From Gordius albopunctatus (Eukaryota): DNA of 64,000 bases. The stretch is from NCBI GenBank assembly GCA_964276515.1, contig OZ193909.1, positions 12,896,001 to 12,960,000 of the forward strand. The letters run 5' to 3'. The notes under the pieces are model-generated. The model ran no database searches. It was not told the origin of the DNA and worked only from the letters and a program-made list of their open reading frames with translations. The position numbers and the translations under genes were made by a program. Shown here one piece after another: positions 1 to 10,906 of the stretch. How positions within the stretch are numbered: position 1 is the stretch's first letter; the number at the start of each line of letters is the position of its first letter.

Positions 1-122
1 TTAATTAATAAAGAAAATATTATTTTATCAACAAATACTTTTTTGCCCAATTTGTTGTCACGTTATCATCAATGCGAAACCTATTTTTTATTTTACACGT
101 AATATTCTTGCAATCATTCTTA

Positions 123-636
123 TAGTGATGATCAAAACCTAGGTTTGGATCAGGCGACCTGAGGGTTTAGGTTCGGGTGTTCAAAAACCTGGTAAAAGGT
201 TTTTGAACACCCGAACCTTAACCTGAGGTTGATCCCGAAAATCAACCTGAAAAACCTTCAGGTCAATTTTATCCCCAACCAGAAACCCAGGTTGACCTCA
301 AGTTAACCTGATAAAAATCTCTTGTTTTATGCGATAAATTTAAGAATAAATTTTTTTTTTACTTTAACTATTTTCCTTTTTCAAGATGCGTCAAGCTTTT
401 TAAATATTTACAATTTTAAATGAAGAAAAAATAGTTTTTGGTTATTATTATAAAAAAAATAAGATTTTTTTATATAAAAATTTAATTAATTGTTAAACAT
501 GTATATTACTCGATAACGCCATCTATATGTTTATAAATTTTGATAAACATATCCCAAAGGTTTTTGAACACCCGAACCTAAAACCGACCTGAGGTTGGAC
601 CTCGGGAAAACCTGACCTAGGTTTTGATCATCACTA
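123..636. mobile_element. MITE with long terminal inverted repeats, intronic in IFT122
   Basis: TIR TAGTGATGATCAAAACCTAGG...CCTAGGTTTTGATCATCACTA; ATTCTTA duplicated at 116-122 and 637-643; internal AACCTGA/TCAGGTT repeats. Confidence 0.85.
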
Positions 637-806
637 ATTCTTATGCTCATCCAAAGCTCTTAAGATCTAAAGCATTTAAGCGATTTTTGTTTTAAAATTT
701 AGTAAGGTCGTTGAGGAAGATTTTAATCAAATAGGCAATGTGGTGTTAATCATTTTTTAACCATTCTTTTATAAATATTAAATGCTTGTTTTACCTCTCA
801 ATCTAG

Positions 807-3800
807 CCTTTCCTAGCGTCCGTTGAGAAAGAGATAAAAACCTCACAAAATCGAGCTGATAATCTTACTAACGAGCCCTCTGGTCTTAGTTCTTTCGTTC
901 AAACGGCTAAACTTATGGTGGCCAATGGTCGATACGAAATAGCTTTGGCTATACTCGTTCAACATAACTTATTCGGAGAGTAAGTGCTCTATATAGTTTA
1001 ATTTGTAATAATTCTCTTAGTTTTTTAATAAATGTTTGAATGGGAAGGTTATAAACAAATTAACATAGACTAACGCTAATAATTACGAAAGTAATTGAAT
1101 AGTATTTAGATGTGTTTGGAAGCCTTAAAAATACCTGTTTTTTTATACATATGAATCCTCCGAGGATATGGACATGTTTATATTCGTTTACACATTTGAG
1201 AAAATTTATCAAGTGGCCTATGAATTTAACAGTGTTATAAAAGTTACATTGCACGATACAGACTTATTGCATTGGCCAATCAACTTTTCGATCGAGCGGT
1301 AATGGCTGAGGTCGGGGAGTCAAGCCAACACTTAACAATACATTTTATAGCCTGCATGGAGGAGCTGGATAAAGGCATTCCTACACTAAACATGACTTCG
1401 AACCAGCCTAATCAAACCGATCTTGACGCTTTAATTTCTCTTTACGAAAAAGTAGCTTTTTCCAAAATAAACCAAAATACATTCTCGCATTCGCCCATTT
1501 ATAATTCCGTGGCACAGCGTTTGTACCAGTATTATTCGAATCTTGATCGCGATATTTCCCATGGTAATAGCGAAGAGATTTTGGGTAAACTTTCTAAGTT
1601 GGTTGAATTATATCCCGACTCCTTCTCCGCCCACCAACTCCATCTCAATTACGCTTTTGCCCATTTGCGCATGGAAAATTTGGGCCTAGCCGTCAAAGGT
1701 ATTGTGCGAACATTTGGTTTTAAGCCTTTAAAGCTTGAATTTCGCGGTATTTATGCCGTTTCATTCACTTAATATATTACATGGTTTATTATATAGGAAT
1801 TTTATTGAAAAATGTTATTTTAAATTTGATTTTTTATTTAGAATACGGTTTAGCTGGGGTAGAAAAAAGCATTAATCAAATTTTGGGCGATATGATAGCG
1901 TGTGATATTGAGGGAAATCAATACGACCAAGCTGGTTACCATCACTTTCAACTATGGTCGCATCTTAATAAAGATTCCCCAATCGGAGATTTAATTAGTA
2001 TTGTCTATTAAATTAATATTACTAATTTTGTCTTACGATTTTATGCTTTTTAATTTAAATATTTTTTAACAATAAGAAATTCAATCAAGCCCTCTCCAGA
2101 ATAGAGATGAAGGAATCAAAGGAAATATGTGCCTTCGACTTGCCGATATTTATTACCTTTACCAAAAAATATATGATTATTGGGTATATTCTCAAATAAT
2201 TTGATTTAACATTTGTAAAATACGTTTTTAAAGCGATTACTCATTTTAGACTGAATTCAGAAATGTCTTAAATAGTTTGTACTTAAATAATATGAAATAT
2301 ATATTTTTTAAGGAAGTCCAAATATGTTTTAAGTTTTTAACAATTGAATTCTTTTTTTTGCATAGCTTCAACCATTTACCCCTCACACGTCCGAAGAGAT
2401 TTTTCACATGTGTAGATATTTGGAAAACGCTGTAAACTCATACGAAAACCTATTAAACGGTCCGAAAGTTATTAAGGGTGTTTCAAAGTGCTTGATTTTT
2501 ACCATATACGCCAAACAAGCTTTGAAAGTTGGCTGCTATTCTGCGGCAAAACGATGCATCGATAGTATTACCAAACAGCGCAGAATGACTTTTAACACAC
2601 ACATTTTGAGGACCATTGAAAATAGGGAAGCTTTATCTTTGATGCCTTTGAAGATTGGAACAAAAAATGCACCAACTCAAGATGGGAATAACGATAATGC
2701 AAATGCAGTTGACCAAACTAAAAATGATAGCCCGAAAATAGGGATGGATGTCGTAAAATCATTTAAGCAATCCTTTTTCAATCAAACAGCTCGTACAATA
2801 TTGAAAAGTAAATGTATGCAAGCAGAGAATGCTAGTGACACCGAGGATAGTCGTCCATTTTGTTATTCATGTCAAACGCACACACATTTCTCGGAGAATT
2901 TCGCAGATGCAGACCATACGGCCAATCGTGATCTATTTTTCCCGAATTGTGTAGTCTGTGCCCAGCCGTTTATATGCTCTTTCCTAAGTTTTGGTGAAAA
3001 CTATAATTATTGTAGAACTTTTTTATCAAGTATTGTTATTTATTTTGAGGCGTACAAATACAGGTTTTAAGTGACATTCCATAAAATATTTTATCGCAGC
3101 TTTAATTCCTATAAAATTTTCATCTCTATATTTTCCAGGAAGTAATTTAAACTTAAATTAAGTTAAATTTTATGTTAAAATTGCAATAACAAAACAAGTG
3201 TATGCTGGAAATGGTTTTGTACTATTATTTTTCTCTGACTATTATATAAATTTAGCGTTGACCGTTTAGATATATATTAGGGTCGGACTATGCATTTTGA
3301 CCTAGATAATAAATATTTTGAGTATGTTAACAAGATTTTCAATCTTTTTGAGTCTGTTCAATTCAAATTTAATAACTTATACTTTTACCAATCAATTAAG
3401 CGGAGAATTTTATTCTTTAATGAGGCGTCAATGTGAGTTCGGAAATTGATTGTTGCGTAGAGTTTTGGGTAAATATAAGATTGAGTCAAAAAAAATATTA
3501 ATCGATATGTCACAAACAATATCCGAATATTTTTTGTTGTTGTTTCAAAATATATTGCTGTTCTTTCCCTCCTTACATGCTTAATTTAGTTTTTTCATCA
3601 ATAATTGATTTAAAATTTGAGTATTTTTTTAATTATAATCATTACAAATTTTTCCTAGATGTATTGCCGTTGCAATACGTCGGGGAAGAAGTTCCAAGTG
3701 ACGCCAAGGAGCAGGGAGGAGATAAATTTAAAATTTGTGCAGGCGGCACAACTCTTTGTTTCCGCAACGTTTTACCCGATATACCCTTGAGACAATGTTC

Positions 3801-3951
3801 ACAGTGTCAAAAAGTAAATAATTTTTTTTTAGGATTTATTTCAAAATTATGATTTTTAATTTAGGTATTTTATGCCGAAGAGTGGGAACTGTACCTAATA
3901 CAGCATCAAAAATGCCCCTTTTGCCGTTTTGTCCACGCTGACATATCTTGA
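807..3951 (+). CDS. IFT122: Intraflagellar transport protein 122 homolog, 3' part (5' exons outside window)
   Basis: In-phase GT-AG exons 807-979, 1262-1698, 1842-1997, 2077-2183, 2366-2993, 3659-3813, 3865-3951 (TGA). Motifs match the IFT122 C-terminus: GVSKCLIFTIYAKQALKVGCY, PFCYSC...CVVCAQPFICSFLSF|DVLPL, FRNVLPDIPLRQCSQCQK|VFYAEEWELYLIQHQKCPFCR. Confidence 0.85.
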
Positions 3952-4075
3952 AATCTCATGAAATTCCTTAAAAATATGAAATACCTTGTATAAATGTATT
4001 TATGTTTGACAATTGTAAAATATATATGAATAAAAAACTTGTGAAATTAAAAAAGGTTTTTTTTTATATAAGGTG

Positions 4076-4081
4076 AAAAAA
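4076..4081 (-). terminator. Pol III oligo-T terminator of tRNA-Sec
   Basis: T6 run on the minus strand about 10 nt after the tRNA 3' end. Confidence 0.7.
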
Positions 4082-4091
4082 CTTATTACGT

Positions 4092-4178
4092 CGCCGGAAA
4101 GGTGGAATCGAACCACTTCGCCGTTAAGCGACTACAGGTTTGAAGCCTGCACCCCAGACCACTGAAGATCATCCCGGC
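4092..4178 (-). tRNA. tRNA-Sec (selenocysteine, anticodon UCA), 87 nt
   Basis: Reverse complement GCCGGGATGATCTTCAGTGGTCTGGGGTGCAGGCTTCAAACCTGTAGTCGCTTAACGGCGAAGTGGTTCGATTCCACCTTTCCGGCG closely matches metazoan tRNA-Sec: long D stem, TCA anticodon, long variable arm, G discriminator. Confidence 0.97.
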
Positions 4179-4192
4179 AAATTTAATTTTCC

Positions 4193-4210
4193 TTTTTATA
4201 GTTATATATA
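4193..4210 (-). promoter_or_regulatory. TATA-like element upstream of tRNA-Sec
   Basis: Minus strand TATATATAACTATAAAAA about 15-32 nt upstream; tRNA-Sec genes use upstream TATA/PSE promoters; AT-rich background lowers specificity. Confidence 0.5.
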
Positions 4211-5199
4211 ATAACATAGTATAAAATAAATTTATTATTACATTTAGGGTGTTATTTAAATGCACAGTGAAAAATTCGATAATGCTCAGTAATTTGTGCT
4301 CAGTTTTTTTTATTCAATTTGCACTTTGATATTTAAACATGTCTAACATTAAAAGTGCTATATATATGATATTTTTTGTCTGAAAATGGTATAAAAATAT
4401 AACATTTTATCAAGTGGTCATAAATAAATAAACATCAAATTGAGGAGTTTATACTTTATAGTTAATATTATTGTAGCTTAGGATTTTAAAAAATCAGATT
4501 AATAAACTTATATTAATAAAACTGAATTAAAACTTTCTTGTTAATTTAAAACAAATTAAATTTGTTATTAAATATGTGTAAGAACAGGAAGTGTCATTTT
4601 TATGCAAAATTGATTGTTTTGACAGCACTATATAATGTATGTTTTAAGATATTACATAAAGATTAATTTCATATTCTCAAATCTAACCTTCTAAGATTTA
4701 TTTCTATTGTAAAAATATAAAACTAAGTTAAAAAATAATTTAAAAAATGGATCAATAACAATAGAAAATTTTCTGGCTCAAAAAATAAAGGTCCAAAATT
4801 TGCTTTAGTTTAGACAACTTTATTTTTTTTTATTTTCAGGTTTTTTTATGCCAAATTTAAAAAATCATGAACTTTTATCACCAATGTCTATTTATAAACT
4901 AATAAAACATGTAGTAAATGTCATTTTTACACAAAAGTTACTATTTTTAGAGCCTCATTCTTTTCCTATTCTTAATTCTAACTTTCTATGGTGTATTTCT
5001 GTTAAAAAAATTGAATTGAAGTCCAAAAATTAGAAAAATAATGGTTAAGAACAGTAGTAACGTTTTGCCTTAAAAAACGTATGGCTAAAAATTCACTAAG
5101 TTTGGACATCTATATTTTTTTGTTTTTAGGTTTTTTATGCCAATATTTTTTATTTTTAGCTCCAACCTTATTTTATATGATCTTATAAATTAAATTATG

Positions 5200-5467
5200 A
5201 AATTAGGGGGAAAAAATTTTTTATGAATAAATATAGTCACATAGAGGGAAATTTTGAGGGTTGTATTAATTGTAATTATAAATTTATAACCACTTGTTCA
5301 AATACCCAAAGTAATATATCAATTTACAGATAAGAGTTATAGTATTATGCTTATAAAATTTTAAAAGTTTATATTATAATACAACAAAGTTATAGCTATT
5401 TAAAGTTTGGGGTCATCATGACCCCCTTTACCATCCGTGTTAGGATTTTGACCTGACCAACGGAGGG
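5200..5467. mobile_element. piggyBac-type MITE end (other boundary not resolved)
   Basis: Ends GGAGGG followed by TTAA; subterminal palindrome GGGGTCATCATGACCCC; similar end at 42879. Confidence 0.5.
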
Positions 5468-5728
5468 TTAAAGTAATATAGTCACTATAATATATAACTA
5501 GTTTAATAATTCTTGTTTATTTTATTATTAAAGTTATAAGTCATAAATCTAATATCAATAAAACCTTAAATTTCCGTTAAAATTGCAGGTAGAGAAAAAT
5601 AGCTAAATAAAATCGCAAAAAATTTAGAACTTTGCTCTATCTGAAATTCAAAAAATCAATTTTTTTATGAAATAAAAGAAGAAATCCACATTTTTGGCTA
5701 AAATATTACAGATGTTATTAGTTTAAAC

Positions 5729-5985
5729 CATGGGCTGCCCCCCCCCCCTAATTTCAAAAAAACAAAATTTTTCAATACAAAAACCCTAAGAAATTATGTT
5801 TTGCCCCCCCCCCCCCTAATTTGTCAGGGGGAGGCAGGGAGTGCGGCTGTCCCACCCCCTGATTAGCCATTTTATAGGTCGCGTTTTGGATACTGGAGAC
5901 CTTTTTTTTACTCGCCGAAAGATTTTGGTAAGGAAATTTTTTTTACTCTGCCCCCCCCCTCATTCAAAACCTGGCTACGCCCATG
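5729..5985. mobile_element. hAT-type MITE, CATGGGCGTAG family with poly-G/poly-C tracts
   Basis: CATGGGC...CTACGCCCATG termini; perfect 8-bp TSD GTTTAAAC. Confidence 0.85.
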
Positions 5986-6889
5986 GTTTAAACTATCTAA
6001 CTTAATTTCAAGTCATATGAATAATTAGTTTAGATTTTATACCATTTCAAACTTTAAACTCAATCATCTCAGTTCGGAGTTTAGTGCAGATAGAGCACTC
6101 CAATTCTCAGGTAGCGAGGTGTTATCGATTTCCGGTTGGAGTTGAATTCTGAAATAGTGATTTTTTATGTCAAGATGGGCTTAACGTTGGTGCCGCTTCA
6201 AAACTCATCAATCGAATAAACTGCTCAAGCTGAGGGACATTGACCGTTTTCTGTGAGGTTTAATATAGCTACATTGGCCCAAAATAAACGTTTGTTTACT
6301 GAAACCATAAATTGTGATGTCGATTTCTTAATTTGCTGAAAGAATTCAATATGTTAAGGATTATTCCGTGCAATAAATATGGTCCCTTTTTTAAAATTGG
6401 AGCTTTTTATTAGATTTTTTATAACCGATTAAAGTTTATTGGGACTTTGGCCAGATACTAAATAGAATTGTACACCACTCTCATACAGTTATTAAATTTA
6501 GAACTGAAATTAGTTACTTTTTAAAAATTTAATATCTCTGTCAAATTTATTAAGTCAATATTTGTTTTACCCAAATTGCGATACCAATCTGTAATTAATT
6601 ACGGAAAAAATGGTCCGTTGTTTTACAAATATTTTATATATACATTTTAAACCATTTTGGCAATATCAATACAGAGTTTAATAAAGTATTAATTGTCAAA
6701 ATTAATGGGTAATTTGAATAGCTAAACGGTTTTTCTAAGGTGCAGCCTCAACCGTTCCATCCCCTTCAAACTCTTAATTCCTTAAAAATCTTTAGGCTTT
6801 ACATAATATAAATCTATAATATTCATTGTTAAGTATTCTTTGTAAGGGGAACAAAGAATATAATTGGATCTCGCCAAATTTTTAACTTT

Positions 6890-8143
6890 CATAGAGTCTG
6901 TCAAACCTACCCTGCAGAAACTAACTCCACACCATGCATTTTTTGGCTAAAAATTTTCTGCTAATTCCGAAAATAAATCACGCCTTGCGTGCTTCACCTA
7001 TCTTTGGCTGCCCAGAGCAATTAAATTTAATCCAACGAAACATTCAGTCTCTTTTTAAAACCTGCTTAAATATAAAGTTTACTCCAGTCCAATGGCTCCA
7101 GGCATCTCTCCCTTCTAAGAGTGGGGGAATTGGTATTCGATCTCCGCAACAGATAGCATTAGCGGGTTTTATATCTTCGCGCATGAGTACCGACCCCCTT
7201 ATCTCTGCCATGACATCCCTCCCAGACCCGCACCTCCAGGAGGCTCTCCACAGGTGGGACGCGGACAAGCTCGAGTCAGCCGAAAGACCACTCGGTGTGA
7301 CCCAAAAGGAATGGGATCTTCCCCTAATAGCACGTTCCGTAGCTTTTCTTTCTTCGAACGAATTATCTCAGGGAAAGCTCCTGTTCAATTGGGCCTCTTC
7401 CAAGAGCGGTTAAGAATGACTCGAAGCTATTCCGAGCAGGAATTTGGGACTTCATATGTGTAAGGAGGAGTTACGCATAGCCATAGGCCTTCGTCTCGGA
7501 TGCGGCATAGTATCCCTTTCGTATGCGATCTATGCAAACAGCCGGTCGAAACCAAATGGTCATGATCCCCTCCATTGCAAATACAGCAAAGGCCGCAAAC
7601 CCAGGCACACGGCGATCAACAAAATCATCGGCCAGTAACTTAGGAAGGCTGGCTACCCAAAAACATTGGAGCCCGTCGGCCTTATCACCACCGATGGGAA
7701 AAGACCAGACGGGGTCAAACTCATCCCATGGTCCCGGTGGACTGAATCTCACTTGGGACTTCACCACGGTCGACATATTCGCCCCTTCCAACTTCTCTCC
7801 CGACCTTATAGTCAGTGCAGAGTATAGGAAGACAGCAAAATATTCTTCCCTCGCGGACACAATATTCATTCCCGTAGTGGCAACCACAATTGGAAATTTA
7901 GGCGTTGAAGCTCTCGCTCTCCTGAAACAAATTGGAAAAGAGATCTCCAGCGTCTCCTTAGATTTGAAAGAGTGCTTTTTTATCAGGCAAAAGATCAAAA
8001 CTTAAATCGTTAAATCCAACACGATATCCATACACGGATCAACGCCATCCGTTTAGTTATAGCGCGTTTTTATATTTTTTAGTCGTGTATGTAATTTTTT
8101 GTATACCATTTGATAAAGACTTACTTTTTATTATTAAAAAAAA
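6890..8143 (+). mobile_element. 5'-truncated CRE-type (RLE) non-LTR retrotransposon, family A, disrupted
   Basis: WLQASLPSKSGGIGIR; Cys/His knuckle HDPLHC...RH; RLE motif [17 protein letters not shown] across frameshifts; 3' poly-A. Confidence 0.85.
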
Positions 8144-9706
8144 TCTATTTAAAAAATAAAAATAAATTGAAGAATATTATTGAAGAGCCTTTAATAGTAA
8201 AATTCGGCTCTAAAATTACTATTTAAATTTTAATCTTTATAAAACAGATTTTTAATCTGAAATTAATTAAGCACTATATTTCAAAGTCATATAAGCCATG
8301 CTTTATCATATCCATCCTATCTGTCCTTTTATATTTATCTCATTATACGAGGCAAAACAAATTTTTATATGAAAATAATTTTTTAGTTTAAATTTTTACA
8401 TTATTACTAGTGTTTAAAAAAGTCTAATAAATGACCAAACTATAATATCCGCCTATAAAAATTTTACGCTTCACCGCCTATTATTAAAATTTTGCATTTA
8501 AGTTAGGATCAGGTATTAATTTGACCCAAACAAATGCATTCAAAAATTCAATTTAATTAATAATTAAGTGATAAAATTGTAATGACCAAAAGTGGAGTGT
8601 ATATAATGCTATTGAATTGGCACACGATATATTAGTGCCAACACCTTTGTAAACTTTTCAAGGACGTCAATTCATTTATATCCACTGACGAACTCTCAAT
8701 AAGGAAGTAAGAGAGAATATTATATTTTTATAGAGCAATTCAACTTTATAATATATTTTGCTAATCCTTTCAATATGCAACTCTGTTTTTACTCTAGTAT
8801 TGGAAAGAATTTTTATTCGTATGATTTTGATAATTTAAATTTCATCCCTTAACCTAATCAGATGATTAAGGGAGCATAATGATAACATTTTTATTCGATA
8901 TTTATTTAGGAAAAATGAGAAATTTTGCAAAAAGTGTATGAAAAATGGCAAAATTGAGATTTGTATTAACATCCCCTTTCGTTTTGTATATCTTAGAATT
9001 AAATTTTAATAAAAAATTTGCAGGTGGTTCACCTATCCCATGGGCTATGGCTATAAACTTATCCAAAACTTTGGGGGTTAGCCATAGAGCTAAATAGCTT
9101 ATTTAATGTTCTTAGATTATCTTACAAATATTAAAATTTCTCATTTATCACTAAACCTACAAATTACATTGTTTTTGACAAGTCGCCACTTCAATTCGCC
9201 CAAATGTGAGTAGGAGATATCATTATTAAGTTTGAACAAATCAATAGGAATGCGTGCTAATAATATATAAACGCGACCTTCATTTTTTTCGCCCGTTTCA
9301 ACACCCCCCCCCCCACCTACATCACTCGAGTAAGGGTAAAGTGAGAGTGAGGGATAGGACAGGGCGTGCCTTTTATTCAAATATAAATATCACCAAATAG
9401 AGCTAAAATTTGATATAAAAAATTTACAGCTTACAACCATTGATTGATGGAAATATTGATTGATTTTTCACCTGGTACACAAATAAAATTTGATATCCTC
9501 ATTTCAAGGTCTAGCCATTCATTGATTGTCATTTTATTCACAGATATCTTTCTGAACATTTCCGGATGGTAAAGTCGGCTTTAAAACGAAATCTCATTGC
9601 CGGCTGATTAGTTCCATATAAATTAATTGCAACCTGATAACGTAAGTTGCAATTTATTACTTAATGTTACAGTTTAAATATCTGGAATCTTATAATAACT
9701 TCTATA

Positions 9707-9833
9707 CATGGGCGTAGACAGGTTTTGGATTAGGGGGGGGGGCAAAACGTTCGAAAGTTCAATTAGGGGGGAGGGGGGCAAAACATAAAATTTTATTTTT
9801 TTCGCCATTTGCCCCCCCCCCCTTACGCCCATG
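9707..9833. mobile_element. hAT-type MITE, CATGGGCGTAG family
   Basis: CATGGGCGTA...TACGCCCATG; perfect 8-bp TSD CTTCTATA. Confidence 0.9.
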
Positions 9834-10906
9834 CTTCTATAAATTGATTTATTATTTGGGCAATATTTAAATAATTATTTATCATTTAATTTTAATAATA
9901 CAAGCCTAATAAGATATCATTGATTTTACAAATTTGCAATTTAAAATAAGTAAACATTACTCACGATAGGACGTCTTTAAAATAGGAGTCTCATAAAAAA
10001 GTCAACCTCAAATTTGTGCATTTAATCTAACTATGCCACAAACATTTCAAAATTATAGTATTTATATTTACAATATCGCCTTACGATACGTGTAAATTTG
10101 AATTTCTTAATTACCTTTAAAGCAAACCCTTCTTTTGTGTTTTATTATCTCTTTGTGCTCTTGGCCAACATGGCGCTTTCTCCTTTCCCATTAAGCGTTT
10201 CATTCACCTTATACTTATATACATCATACATACACCCCCCATACACCTATCTATACCACCCCTGCTGATAAAATTTACCTAAATTTGTTATTTTCGGTTG
10301 AATAGGCAAATAACATTTGAGCCACTTAGCTTCATGTTTGCCCTAGAATACAACAAATTGATGAAAAATTCACTATTATAAAATTTTCCCAAATTTTTCT
10401 TCACTTTTTTATCAATAAAAGTCGCGTTCTATGCTATGACATTACATCCGGGATGATTTAAAAAATTTGTAATAAGTTTTTCATGAATTATTTACTCAAT
10501 ATTATCACCATTGCATAAACCCTGGAGCATCAAAATGATTCGATCCACATATTCAAAATAGTCTTGTGCCAAGTAGGAGCAATTTGTACACTTGATTTGA
10601 CAATTTATATTTGCTATTTCATCTTTTAATCGATAAATGCGTTCCATAACTAACTTACCAACCCAAGATGATATATTTTTTTTTCTTATCAGTTTTGCAC
10701 ACCTCGGATTCCTATATTTTCTGCGATAAATTCATGTAAATATTATCTTATCGTTAATTAAAATTTTGTCAACCCTCGTTAATCACTCTTTATCTTTGAA
10801 TAATAACTTTTCTTATACAGTTTTGATAAAAAAACAATTTAGTTGGCTCTATATTAGAAAACCCTATCGTTTCAATTTTAACAACAAAAGGCCACATTCC
10901 TTGAAA

